The position numbers and the translations under genes were made by a program. From positions 22,267 to 86,266 of the forward strand of contig CAZBNW010000001.1 of assembly GCA_964493385.1 (NCBI GenBank): a stretch of 64,000 bases of DNA, read 5' to 3'. Of the stretch, positions 41,178 through 50,819 are shown piece by piece. The stretch comes from an uncultured archaeon (GTDB taxonomy: Archaea; Asgardarchaeota; Lokiarchaeia; Sigyniarchaeales; SOKP01). Positions within the stretch are counted from its first letter, which is position 1; each line of letters starts with the position of its first letter. The notes beneath the pieces are model-generated. The model was not told where the DNA came from and ran no database searches. It saw nothing but the letters and a program-made list of their open reading frames with translations.

Positions 41178-42686
41178 TTGCCATCTTATCTTATATTTAT
41201 GGTAAATTTGAAATGGAAAGGAAAATTGAATAGAAAAGATATTCTTTCAAAAATATATGAAACTACACCTTTCCATATTCTTGATATTTATCCGTCTATC
41301 AGTATTAACACTAAATCGGAACAAAACTGGCAAAACTTATTGATTTGGGGAGAAAACAAGGCAGTAATGAATTCATTGTTAGAAAAATTCAAAAATAAAA
41401 TCCATCTTATATATATTGATCCTCCGTTTGCTACAGGAGGAGATTTCAATCTTAAGATTCAAATAGGAGAAGTTGGAAAATATGTGGATGAAATTGCCTA
41501 TAGAGATAAGTGGGGACAGGGATTAGACGATTATTTGGACTTTTTACATGAAAGGCTTATTATAATGAAAGAGTTGTTAGCACATAATGGTTCTATATAC
41601 ATACATTTAGATTGGCATATATCTCATTATATAAAAATAATAATGGATGAGATTTTTGGAATTGAAAATTTTAGGAACGAGATAATATGGGCATATCCCG
41701 CCGCTTCAGTTAAAACAAGACGATTTTTTATGAGATCTTACGATACAATTCTTTTCTATTCAAAATCTGATGATTATATTTTTAATGATGATCCTAAAAT
41801 ATACCAAGAATTTTCTGATCGAGTCAAAAATGCATTAAAGAAAGATGATAAAGGTATATATTATTATAGAGGTGGAAGTCATAATGGAAAAAAGTTGTCT
41901 AGGAAAGTATATATAGAAAAGGAAGGAATCTTTCCTAGAGATGTTTGGAATGATATTCCTTATATCAGGGCGAATACTTCAGAATATCAAGGTTTTTCTA
42001 CCCAAAAACCAGAACGTCTTTTAAAAAGAATTATTTTAGCATCAACAAATAAAGGCGATCTTGTAGTGGATTTTTTTTCTGGCTCAGGTACTACCCTAGC
42101 TGTAGCAGAAAAACTTGGAAGACATTGGATTGGATGTGATTCAAATAAACTTGCGATTCATATGACAAGGAAAAGAATTCTTAACTTAAATAAAAGTAAT
42201 GATATTTTAAATTGGAAAAAGATGTATAATAAAGATCCTCAATCTTTCAAAATTTTATGTATTGAAAAGAACGATAAATTAAATTCAATACCCAATGGGT
42301 TTTTGTCTAAGGATATTCAGCATGAAAACGGATTCCAAATTAAAGAAATCCCGGATTTGAACGTAAAAATCCATCAAAATAATAATAAAATTATGGTAGA
42401 ATTACTTGATTACATAATACCCTTTACCCATTTGATATCTGAGAAAGTTAAAGGAAATATAAAATCATTCTCAGATTGGATTGATTATTGGGCTATTGAT
42501 TTTAATTCCCAAAATAAAATTTTTAAAAATATGTGGTTTTCTTACAGAACTCCAAAAATCAGGACATTGACATTAAAATCAGACTCATATCACTATGATA
42601 AGCGAGGAAATTATAATATTTTAATAAAAGTAATTGACATTTTTGGAATTGAATCTATGAAATCATATAAAATTAAAATTATTTAA
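41178..42686 (+). CDS. DNA methyltransferase, beta-class (N6-adenine or N4-cytosine), orphan
   Basis: Motif IV IYIDPPF (nt 41418-41429) precedes motif I VVDFFSGSGTTLAVAEKLGRHWIGCD. There is a C-terminal extension of about 160 aa with unknown function. No adjacent endonuclease. Confidence 0.8.
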   Translation: MPSYLIFMVNLKWKGKLNRKDILSKIYETTPFHILDIYPSISINTKSEQNWQNLLIWGENKAVMNSLLEKFKNKIHLIYIDPPFATGGDFNLKIQIGEVGKYVDEIAYRDKWGQGLDDYLDFLHERLIIMKELLAHNGSIYIHLDWHISHYIKIIMDEIFGIENFRNEIIWAYPAASVKTRRFFMRSYDTILFYSKSDDYIFNDDPKIYQEFSDRVKNALKKDDKGIYYYRGGSHNGKKLSRKVYIEKEGIFPRDVWNDIPYIRANTSEYQGFSTQKPERLLKRIILASTNKGDLVVDFFSGSGTTLAVAEKLGRHWIGCDSNKLAIHMTRKRILNLNKSNDILNWKKMYNKDPQSFKILCIEKNDKLNSIPNGFLSKDIQHENGFQIKEIPDLNVKIHQNNNKIMVELLDYIIPFTHLISEKVKGNIKSFSDWIDYWAIDFNSQNKIFKNMWFSYRTPKIRTLTLKSDSYHYDKRGNYNILIKVIDIFGIESMKSYKIKII

Positions 42687-44064
42687 TGAGTTCTCTAATT
42701 AATATTGTTGCATAACTTCCCTTTTGAAGAGAAAATTCCAATTTAATTTTTTTCTTTTCAGGATTAAGTTCATCATCAGTCAATTCTAACATTTTTAGCG
42801 CAGTGGGTTTAGTTATCATTGCTCTAATAGAACCTTTAAATTCTTGGCTAATAGGGAGTTTATTATTAAATATGTTTTTGTCCATGTTTTCTTGCTTTGC
42901 AATTTCTTCGAATAATAGTTTCATTAATGGAAATTCATCTAAATTTGTATTGATACCAATAATAGGTATTATTAAAACAGCTCGATTTAGGTTTAATGCT
43001 TTCTTCAAATACCTATCATAGGAACCCCCATAAATGTATTTTACTTTTGTTATATTTCCATTAAAGTCATCTAATATACTAATGACATCACCTTTTATAG
43101 GCTTAAATAAAGGAAAGCCTTTCTGCACTCTTATTGAAAGCATCTTATTAAATAAATAAGATTGAAAGGAACTGATTAATAATGTTTTTAAATCAGAGGA
43201 TAAAGTATTAATACTACCTTCATAATCGTCTGGGTGTTCAATTAAATAATGGATCATATTTCTTTCGTATTGTAGACTTTTTGGAAAATTTTCATACGCT
43301 TTCTCAAGATTTCCGGTATTTCTAAATTCTCTCCTAGCCAATTTTGATTCTAGAGACTCAGTTGAATAAGTTGTTGATACAGATTCTTCAAATCCTTTCT
43401 TAAAATTACCTTCAAGAAGACAACGTCCAACAATATGAGAATTAGGTCTATAGTTTCCAAATCTTTGAAGTCCAAAATAGTTAGGAAATCCGTAAGTGTT
43501 TAAAAAATTTAAATATTTCTCTATTTTACTTTTTAGCTTCTTATTATAGATTATATTTCTTAGTATTATTGCAAAATTATTTCCCCAATGGCTTCCTAAT
43601 TTAACAGATTTTTTAGTTGGATATACGTTTCTAATGAAAATGTCTTTTAATTTTATATTCTTTAATTTTTTGATGTAATCTCCTTTTATAGAGATTTTTT
43701 GAGCCGAAATGGAAAATTTATCTTTTAAGCCAGAATAATTGATTGAATTATAAGGAATTTTTAAAACTTTACTAATCTGTCTTAAGGCTTCAAATGTATC
43801 TTTATTAATTTTTATTAAATTAAATGTTGTATATTTATCCTTTAGCTCTTCAGAAAAAGGGTGAGTTTTATAATCTTCTTTAATGTCAATGATCTTTCCA
43901 TTATTATTAATCTCTCTTACAATAAAATCCTTGAATTTTTTCTTATATTCTCCTCCTATTCCCTTAATTTTATGTGTAGCAAAAACTTCAATTCCTACAA
44001 ACTTTTCTACTTCTCTTTCATTATTTTCCCTAAAAGAATAAGTATCCTTTTCTTGTTCAGACAA
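42679..44064 (-). CDS. truD: tRNA pseudouridine synthase TruD/Pus7 family
   Basis: FKDFIVREI, GLKDKFSISAQ (catalytic Asp context) and NYFGLQRFG motifs. Confidence 0.8.
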   Translation of the reverse strand: MSEQEKDTYSFRENNEREVEKFVGIEVFATHKIKGIGGEYKKKFKDFIVREINNNGKIIDIKEDYKTHPFSEELKDKYTTFNLIKINKDTFEALRQISKVLKIPYNSINYSGLKDKFSISAQKISIKGDYIKKLKNIKLKDIFIRNVYPTKKSVKLGSHWGNNFAIILRNIIYNKKLKSKIEKYLNFLNTYGFPNYFGLQRFGNYRPNSHIVGRCLLEGNFKKGFEESVSTTYSTESLESKLARREFRNTGNLEKAYENFPKSLQYERNMIHYLIEHPDDYEGSINTLSSDLKTLLISSFQSYLFNKMLSIRVQKGFPLFKPIKGDVISILDDFNGNITKVKYIYGGSYDRYLKKALNLNRAVLIIPIIGINTNLDEFPLMKLLFEEIAKQENMDKNIFNNKLPISQEFKGSIRAMITKPTALKMLELTDDELNPEKKKIKLEFSLQKGSYATILIRELIK

Positions 44065-44087
44065 TTTTTTAGCCTATAGTTTTACTA

Positions 44088-44444
44088 TTATAATAATTTT
44101 AAATCTCCAGTTATTTTATCAATCTCTGTTGATAAGGTAGGACCAATACCAACTGCAGTTGTCGTACCAGGCGGTAATTGAGTTAAGCCGGCATCATTGA
44201 CAATGAAATATGGAAGTTTATTAGATTCAAGTTTAAGTACAATTTCTTTTAATTGTTCTATACTTTGTATTTTAAGGACAACCTTTTTCTGGCCTGAATT
44301 TTTCCAATTCTTCCAAATATTCTTATTCTGGACACGTACTAAATCTGAAGCTGAAACACTCGCATGAGAGGATTGAGCACATTTTTTGCCAGTGCTCATT
44401 TTTAAATCTGTTCTTATTAAAATGACTTGTTTATATTCGTCCAC
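44088..44444 (-). CDS. pth2: peptidyl-tRNA hydrolase, archaeal Pth2
   Basis: [25 protein letters not shown] and [25 protein letters not shown] start. Confidence 0.85.
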   Translation of the reverse strand: MDEYKQVILIRTDLKMSTGKKCAQSSHASVSASDLVRVQNKNIWKNWKNSGQKKVVLKIQSIEQLKEIVLKLESNKLPYFIVNDAGLTQLPPGTTTAVGIGPTLSTEIDKITGDLKLL

Positions 44445-44491
44445 GGTAAATCTATTAAATATTAAGAAATTAGCTAATTAAATATTACTAA

Positions 44492-45007
44492 TTATTGAAA
44501 TTCTACTCTAGTAATATTTCCTGTTAATTCATATATCAGTTCTTCAAGTTCTTCTTTAGTGAATAAAATTTTATCCTTATCCTCTTCCCAAATAACAGCC
44601 CTGAATTGAATATCACCAGTAGCTAAAAAGATTTCATTTAATGAAACTAATTTTGCACTTGGGGCAATTAATGCTTCTACTACCGGACGTGGTTTATTTG
44701 TTTTTTCAATTAATATTAATTCATCAATTTCATATGTTTCTTTAATCCATGTTTCTAATTCTGGAGTTATTTTCAATTTATCCTTTTTCCCTACCACTAA
44801 TATTACTACATCTTCATAATCAATCGCTTTGTGAAATGAAACATCCTTAAGAAAAGTAAATTGTTCTTCTTTTTCCTCCAATTGAATAAGATCTTTTGCT
44901 AAATCTATCTCAAATTTAGTTACTTCTCCAGCATCAAGTCTAGCTTGACAATTGGTACATAAAAAGCCAGAATTTATACATGTCTTATCTGCTGGAAGAA
45001 CTTTCAT
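44492..45007 (-). CDS. zinc-ribbon protein, possible RNA-binding (NusA/KH-like C-terminal segment)
   Basis: N-terminal C..x..CTNC. The C-terminal EALIAPSAKLVSLNEI loosely recalls the NusA ALxPA segment. Weak call. Confidence 0.3.
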   Translation of the reverse strand: MKVLPADKTCINSGFLCTNCQARLDAGEVTKFEIDLAKDLIQLEEKEEQFTFLKDVSFHKAIDYEDVVILVVGKKDKLKITPELETWIKETYEIDELILIEKTNKPRPVVEALIAPSAKLVSLNEIFLATGDIQFRAVIWEEDKDKILFTKEELEELIYELTGNITRVEFQ

Positions 45008-45241
45008 TAGGTTTAAACCAGATTAAACATATCAAGTTTTGTATAATTCTATTATATCGTATTGATATACCGTATTGTAATTGATATCTATTAAAAATGG
45101 TTAATTAATTTTTTTATAAAGATTCTTAAATTTTATATTTAAAAGAGATTATATTCTAAAATTTAGAACAATCTTTAAATAAAAAGATAAAAAATCAAAA
45201 AATATTTCTTATTTTAAATTTAGAAACTTTAATCATAAACC

Positions 45242-46153
45242 CTATAATAGAATTTCATTTATCTCTTGCTCTATCATTAATATCTCTTTAATTGATTGTT
45301 TAAACTCATCTTTAGGAACTTTACTCCTGTTGAGTAATGTTTTTGTAAGGGTTTTATATTTTGATATAAGATGAGACTCTGCAAAATTTTCAAGTTTTAA
45401 ACAAAATGAATAAAGATATGAATAAGTTTCTGCATATTTAGAATATTCTAAAGACTCTTTAACCCTATTCAAATAATATTTCAATCTTAACTTTCGATCT
45501 TCAATCTCATCTTTAAGGGATTTAGCTTCCGTTTGATACACGATAAATTTCTCATCATCTCTAAGTTTCTCAGAGATCTCAATTAATTTCCTTGAAATTT
45601 CATACTTTTTAATAAAATTATCTTCAGTTAAATAACTAACTCTGAGTTCTTCTCTTTCTTTTAATAAATCTTCTCTTAACTGCTCAGATAATGTGCCTTT
45701 TTGGTCCCATATCGATTTTAAAATTGTACTCTGGTCAGCAGTTAGAGATGATCCTGCTATTAGTTTTTTATCTGAAAGAATTAGTTGTATAATTTTTAAA
45801 TCAAACATTTCTAGTCTTTCTGGTTTACGATCCCAATTAACAAATAAATCTTGATGACCAAGTACAATTGTATTTATTTCAGGGATTAATTTTTGGACTT
45901 CTTTTATATCGTCCTTATCGGTAATAATGACTAGGTCTGATAATATTTCAGGTATTCGTGTAATTAATACAAAATATTCTCCCAATTCAATTGTATTTAA
46001 CGATTCTGTACTGCTTTCAGTAAGTTCTGATACAAAAGTCTGCAACGCTGAAAAAAAAGAATCAAACATTTCTAATTTTTCATCACTTTGAAAATTCTTA
46101 TTGTACATAAGATCTTTTGAACTAGTCTGAAAAATATATAATGCTTGAATCAT
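45242..46153 (-). CDS. hypothetical protein: longin/roadblock-like N-domain (speculative) plus coiled coil
   Basis: The N-terminus ALYIFQTSSKDLMYNKNF...MFDSFFSALQTFVSEL parallels 13612-14361. The C-terminal half is helical. Confidence 0.4.
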   Translation of the reverse strand: MIQALYIFQTSSKDLMYNKNFQSDEKLEMFDSFFSALQTFVSELTESSTESLNTIELGEYFVLITRIPEILSDLVIITDKDDIKEVQKLIPEINTIVLGHQDLFVNWDRKPERLEMFDLKIIQLILSDKKLIAGSSLTADQSTILKSIWDQKGTLSEQLREDLLKEREELRVSYLTEDNFIKKYEISRKLIEISEKLRDDEKFIVYQTEAKSLKDEIEDRKLRLKYYLNRVKESLEYSKYAETYSYLYSFCLKLENFAESHLISKYKTLTKTLLNRSKVPKDEFKQSIKEILMIEQEINEILL

Positions 46154-46388
46154 CGTTAAATTATCTTGATTTTATAATATTAAAATATTTGTTTTTTTTC
46201 TAAGTTTCTTATCATCTACTTTATGATTAAAATAAAAGTAAAATAATTTATAATTAACTTTTTCAAAAAACTAAGGTTTAAAGTATATTATCTTCTTTTC
46301 TGTAGTTTTATTTTCATATGACTTTGGAGTAAATCATTCTCCGATCTATTGAGCGGAGTAAATTAATTGCGGTTAATATAAGTAGATT

Positions 46389-46583
46389 TCATAATTCTAT
46401 AATATCGCAACTAATATTTCTTAATAATCTCTCTGCTGTTGCCGGATCTGTTTTATAAGTATAAAGAATTTTCTTAGTTCTTAATTTTAATTTCACAATT
46501 TCTTTTATACGCTTAACTCGACAATGAATTGCATATTCAGAGATCTCTAAAAACTTATTTTCATCAAATATTTCTCTAGGCAC
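46389..46583 (-). CDS. rpl38e: ribosomal protein eL38 (L38e)
   Basis: MPREI..F.., then VKLKLRTKKILYTYKTDPATAERLLRNIS, parallels eukaryotic L38 (MPRKIEEIKDFL...[29 protein letters not shown]). 64 aa. Confidence 0.7.
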   Translation of the reverse strand: MPREIFDENKFLEISEYAIHCRVKRIKEIVKLKLRTKKILYTYKTDPATAERLLRNISCDIIEL

Positions 46584-46770
46584 ATTAACTCAACTAATCT
46601 TACAGAACGTAAATGATGAGTAGATCTATTAATTATAGAATTTTAATTTTATCATATTTTACAATATTCTAAACAAAAATTTTATTTTGAATCACATGTT
46701 TTAGAAATTATTCTTATTAGTATAATATCTTAGTTTAACTTCAAATAAATAAAGTATTGCGTGAGTAAAA

Positions 46771-46935
46771 TTGAGTCCGATCGATGATCCTGTCAAACGG
46801 AGAATTGCTAGATATCATTTATTAGAAAAAACGGTTTGTAGAAGATGTGGTGCTCTTAATCCACTCAGAGCTAAAAAATGTAGAAGATGCCATGGGAAAG
46901 ACCTGCGACTAAAGAGAAGAGAACTTACTAAATAG
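46771..46935 (+). CDS. rpl40e: ribosomal protein eL40 (L40e)
   Basis: Not in the ORF track (54 aa, TTG start). Translation SPIDDPVKRRIARYHLLEKTVCRRCGALNPLRAKKCRRCHGKDLRLKRRELTK shows the L40e CxxC...CxxC zinc ribbon. The in-frame stop tga at 46762-46764 lies two codons upstream of the TTG. Confidence 0.75.
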   Translation: MSPIDDPVKRRIARYHLLEKTVCRRCGALNPLRAKKCRRCHGKDLRLKRRELTK

Positions 46936-47147
46936 ATTAATACAGTCTTTTTTTATGATGAAATCCTTACTTTCTTAATTGATTTAGGTCTTGCCTCCTA
47001 CGTTTACAAGTTCATGAAGTAATGGAAAGGCAAGATTACTATGAATAATACGTGTACTATAGTCATGTTAATACCAAGCTTGTAAATTAGAATAATCTCC
47101 TCATACAATGAATAACATTTAAATATGGACTTAATAATAATATCTTT

Positions 47148-47154
47148 GAGGTGA
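47148..47154 (+). promoter_or_regulatory. strong Shine-Dalgarno-like GAGGTGA upstream of the ceramidase-like gene
   Basis: GAGGTGAcgaaataATG: 7 nt complementary to the conserved 16S 3' end, 7 nt before the ATG at 47162. Confidence 0.45.
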
Positions 47155-47161
47155 CGAAATA

Positions 47162-48481
47162 ATGGTTAAAACTAAATTTAAAGTATCAATGGTCTTGCTC
47201 GTTGTGGGTCTAATAATCGCTGTTTTTCCTGTGGGTGCGATGGCTGCTAGTGAATCTAAACGGAAATTAATGGTGGGAGCATATGCATTGCCAATAACGC
47301 CAATAACGGATGAGTTTGGAGTCCCCAGAAATCCGGACGGGTCACAAGTTTTCCTAGCGGGATTTGGTCGACCGGCGTCCAGACCTGCTATAGCCGTTCA
47401 CGATGATGTCTATGTAAGGTGTTTGATAATAAATTATGATGGAACATCGATCGTCTTCGTGGCACTTGACCTTATCGGCTATGGTATTGATCAAGTTGAT
47501 GCAGTGAGAGAGGAAGTACAGGACGAGTATGGGTTAGAGGCTGATAATGTCATCATAGCCTGTACGCACACTCACTCGGGACCCGACACCTTAGGACTCT
47601 GGACAGGCACCATTCCAGGAGTTAACTGGCCGTATATGGAATATGTAGGGGCCCAGATCGTAGAGTGTATAGGTCAGGCATATCAAAATATGGAAAAGGC
47701 TAGAATACGATTTGCCTCTACGAGCGTTCCAGGACTGATGAAAAACTCCCGTGACCCGGGAAGAGTTTATCCGGATTTGGAAGTAATGAAGGTCGAGGAC
47801 AGGAGAGGCGATACCATTGCCACGATGATCAACTACGCGGGTCACCCGGAGGTCCTTGTAACAGAGAATCTAGAAATAACCTCTGACTACGTGGGTTACC
47901 TCCGCGATAAAGTCGAAGAGAAGCTGGGAGGAGTTGCAATCTTCTTCAACGGGGCTCTAGGAGGGATGATAACTCCAGATGTGGAGGAACGTACGTTCGT
48001 GAAGGCAAAAGAGATTGGATACATACTCGCAGATGCAACCGTTGGGGCTCTGGCTGGTGCGAAAAAAGCTCTCCCGAAAATGGCTTTCAATTTGGAAAAA
48101 CAGAACTTTACAGTTCCCTTGGAAAACGAACTATTTTACTTCGGCATATTGGGAGGTGTACTTTCTAGACCCGCACCCTGGTACGAGTTCGAAATATATC
48201 CCGATCTGGGTAATATAAAGACGGAGGTCAATGTAATCACTATTGGGAAGGCCCAGATGATCACTATGCCCGGAGAAGTCCTACCAAGCATAGGATACCG
48301 CCTGAGGGAAGCTATGACGGGAAAGTACAAGTTCCAGATAGGACTGGGTAATGACGAGTTGGGTTATATAATCCCCGCGGATGAATGGGATGACACACAA
48401 TACGAGGAATCAATGTCCATAGGCGTGCAAACCGGTATTGCTATGGAAACAATTCTCATGGAAATGTTGGAGGGAACCTGA
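47162..48481 (+). CDS. secreted neutral/alkaline ceramidase-like hydrolase (N-terminal domain family)
   Basis: Signal peptide MVKTKFKVSMVLLVVGLIIAVFPVGAMAAS. IIACTHTHSGPDT (nt 47567-47584) matches the neutral ceramidase Zn-binding HxHSGP block. GC is far above the surroundings. Confidence 0.6.
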   Translation: MVKTKFKVSMVLLVVGLIIAVFPVGAMAASESKRKLMVGAYALPITPITDEFGVPRNPDGSQVFLAGFGRPASRPAIAVHDDVYVRCLIINYDGTSIVFVALDLIGYGIDQVDAVREEVQDEYGLEADNVIIACTHTHSGPDTLGLWTGTIPGVNWPYMEYVGAQIVECIGQAYQNMEKARIRFASTSVPGLMKNSRDPGRVYPDLEVMKVEDRRGDTIATMINYAGHPEVLVTENLEITSDYVGYLRDKVEEKLGGVAIFFNGALGGMITPDVEERTFVKAKEIGYILADATVGALAGAKKALPKMAFNLEKQNFTVPLENELFYFGILGGVLSRPAPWYEFEIYPDLGNIKTEVNVITIGKAQMITMPGEVLPSIGYRLREAMTGKYKFQIGLGNDELGYIIPADEWDDTQYEESMSIGVQTGIAMETILMEMLEGT

Positions 48482-48704
48482 GTCGTTCAAGCAAAGTGGA
48501 TTTCCAAGGAAAAATCTTAATTAATATTTTTTTTATCTTTTTTAGTTATATATGAAACATTTCTTAATTGAATAATCGCTTTATTTAAGCGTATCATAGA
48601 AAAAGTTTCAAAATTCGTAAACTTTTTTAATTTTATGACTTAGAGATCTATATAAATAAAAGAAATATCAAAAAAATTTTTTAATAATTAAATTAACGAT
48701 AAAT

Positions 48705-48709
48705 GGTGA
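48705..48709 (+). promoter_or_regulatory. Shine-Dalgarno-like GGTGA upstream of the thermosome gene
   Basis: aaatGGTGAaaaattaaaATG. A TATA-like tatataaata lies at 48649-48658, further upstream. Confidence 0.35.
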
Positions 48710-48718
48710 AAAATTAAA

Positions 48719-50404
48719 ATGGCACAATTAGGCGGAACACCCATATTAATAATGAAAGAAGGAACTGAAAGACAACGTGGTAGAGATGCAATGCAGAATA
48801 ACATCGCTGCGGCAATTGTTATCGCAGAAGCAGTGAGGACTTCACTTGGACCTAGAGGTATGGATAAAATGCTCGTAGACCAGTTTGGTGATGTAGTCAT
48901 TACGAACGACGGAGCTACCATACTAAAGGAAATTGATGTACAACATCCTGCTGCCAAAATGATGGTTGAAGTTGCTAAAACTCAAGACTCAGAAGTTGGT
49001 GATGGAACAACAACGTCAGTTGTTCTCGCTGGAGAACTTCTGAAACGCGCCAAAAAACTTTTAGAACAAAAGATTCATCCAACTGTTATTACTGAAGGCT
49101 TCCGAAAAGCAGCAGAAAAAGGTATTGAAATTCTAGAGAATATATCAGTAAAAAGTGGAATTGATGATGAAGAAGGATTAAGGAACTCTGCTATGACTTG
49201 CATGTCCAGTAAGATTGTTTCTGAATCAAAAGAGAAGTTAGCTCAGATTTGTATGGATGCGATTAAAGCTATTGCCGAACAATCTGATGATGAAAACTGG
49301 ATTGCTGACATTGAAAAAGTCCAGATTCAGAAGAAAGAGGGAGATTCAATCGATGATACAGGACTAATTAAGGGTATTATCTTAGATAAAGAAGTTGTAA
49401 GCCCTGGTATGCCAAAGAGTGTTAATGACGCAAAAATCTTACTTTTACAAAGCGCTATAGAGATTGAAAAAACTGAGTTTGATACTAAACTTCAAATCAC
49501 TAGCCCAGAACAAATCCAGCAATTTTTAGATGAAGAAGAGCATATGCTAAGAAGTATGGTTGAAAAGATCGAAAAATCTGGAGCTAATGTTGTTATTTGT
49601 CAGAAAGGGATTGATGATATGGCTCAGCATTTTCTTTCTAAGGCAGGAGTTATGGCAATAAGAAGAGTTAAGAAATCTGACATTGAAAAACTCTCAAAAG
49701 CCACTGGTGGTACAATTTTTACTAACCTTGATGATATTACCTCCGATAAACTTGGATGGGCGGGATTAGTAGAAGAACGCAAAATTATGAATGATTCATG
49801 GATTTTCATTGAAAAATGTAAAGATCCTAAATCAGTTGTAATCCTTATAAGGGGAGGCACTGAAATGATTGTTGATGAAGTCGAAAGAGCTATTCACGAT
49901 GCACTTTGTGTAGTTAGAGATGTTGTAGAAGATCAGAAAATTGTCGGCGGTGGTGGCGCTCCTGAGATTGAAACTGCAATTCAATTAAGAAAATACGCAT
50001 CCACATTAGGCGGACGCGAGCAACTTGCTGTTGAAATATTCGCTGATTCACTCGATATAATCCCAAAAACCCTAGCTGAAAATGCAGGTTTAGATCAAAT
50101 TGACTCTCTAATGAAATTAAGATCATCTCATCAGCAAGGAAATAAATTTGCTGGCCAAGATTTAGATTCTGATAAAATAATCGATGATATGATGAAAGTA
50201 GGCGTTGTTGAACCGACTATCGTGGTAGTTCAAGCAATTAAAAGCTCTACCGAAGCTACTTCGATGATTTTACGCATCGACGATGTTATCGCCTCTGCAA
50301 AAACTGCTGGCCCGCCAATGCCTCCTGGTGGTCCTCCAGGGATGGGAGGTATGGGAGGTCCTCCAGGAATGGGAGGAATGGGAATGCCTCCGGGGATGTA
50401 TTAA
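48719..50404 (+). CDS. ths: thermosome subunit (group II chaperonin)
   Basis: [35 protein letters not shown] and a C-terminal GGM/PPG-rich tail. Confidence 0.95.
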   Translation: MAQLGGTPILIMKEGTERQRGRDAMQNNIAAAIVIAEAVRTSLGPRGMDKMLVDQFGDVVITNDGATILKEIDVQHPAAKMMVEVAKTQDSEVGDGTTTSVVLAGELLKRAKKLLEQKIHPTVITEGFRKAAEKGIEILENISVKSGIDDEEGLRNSAMTCMSSKIVSESKEKLAQICMDAIKAIAEQSDDENWIADIEKVQIQKKEGDSIDDTGLIKGIILDKEVVSPGMPKSVNDAKILLLQSAIEIEKTEFDTKLQITSPEQIQQFLDEEEHMLRSMVEKIEKSGANVVICQKGIDDMAQHFLSKAGVMAIRRVKKSDIEKLSKATGGTIFTNLDDITSDKLGWAGLVEERKIMNDSWIFIEKCKDPKSVVILIRGGTEMIVDEVERAIHDALCVVRDVVEDQKIVGGGGAPEIETAIQLRKYASTLGGREQLAVEIFADSLDIIPKTLAENAGLDQIDSLMKLRSSHQQGNKFAGQDLDSDKIIDDMMKVGVVEPTIVVVQAIKSSTEATSMILRIDDVIASAKTAGPPMPPGGPPGMGGMGGPPGMGGMGMPPGMY

Positions 50405-50440
50405 GAATTTTAATCATTTTTTTCAATTTATTTTTTCTTT

Positions 50441-50617
50441 CTATTTTTCTTTTAATTTTTTAGCAATATTTTGAGCTAGTTCACATCCGACTATATCAAT
50501 TCCGTTGATTGCCCATTTAAGTTGTTCTTTTATTTCTTTAGAGGTGACGGATTTCTTTAATACGGTTAAATCAACTCTCACTTCTACTAATAAAGCGATA
50601 ATTTCGTCTATGTTCAT
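50441..50617 (-). CDS. small hypothetical protein (58 aa)
   Basis: Hand-translated MNIDEIIALLVEVRVDLTVLKKSVTSKEIKEQLKWAINGIDIVGCELAQNIAKKLKEK. Below the track threshold and unsupported by homology. Confidence 0.2.
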   Translation of the reverse strand: MNIDEIIALLVEVRVDLTVLKKSVTSKEIKEQLKWAINGIDIVGCELAQNIAKKLKEK

Positions 50618-50819
50618 ATATTTTGGACTTTCTTTTTCTTTTATTTGATTTTCAGTTATTTTAAATCAGCTCCTTTTTTTTATTGTTTTACTATTTTTAT
50701 ATGCGTATCTATTTAAACAAAAATTTCTTCAACTGAGTGGTTCATAAGGAGTTTTCTTTAACAATTGAAGTTTAAATACTTGTTTTGAAACACAAATTAA
50801 AACAGATAAAAATTCAAAA

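Noticed and set aside
46958-47035. An ATGATGA C-box-like heptamer (46958-46964; another near 46608) and an 8-bp inverted repeat TCTTGCCT/AGGCAAGA (46989-46996 and 47028-47035) between L40e and the high-GC gene.
   Set aside because: No CTGA D box lies at the appropriate distance, so there is no C/D sRNA architecture. The hairpin has a short stem and a 31-nt loop, and such matches are expected by chance. It remains only a weak terminator or insertion-boundary candidate.
50320-50404. The Gly/Met/Pro-rich repeat at the thermosome C-terminus.
   Set aside because: GGM-type tails are a well-known feature of chaperonins, so this is not novel.
47591-50474. A cluster of antisense or out-of-frame ORFs within the ceramidase-like and thermosome genes: 47591-47845, 47896-48090, 48015-48218, 48136-48330, 48688-48957, 49624-49860, 49914-50126 and 50283-50474.
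   Set aside because: Higher GC lowers the stop-codon frequency in all frames. The sense-strand genes have strong motif support and these ORFs have none.
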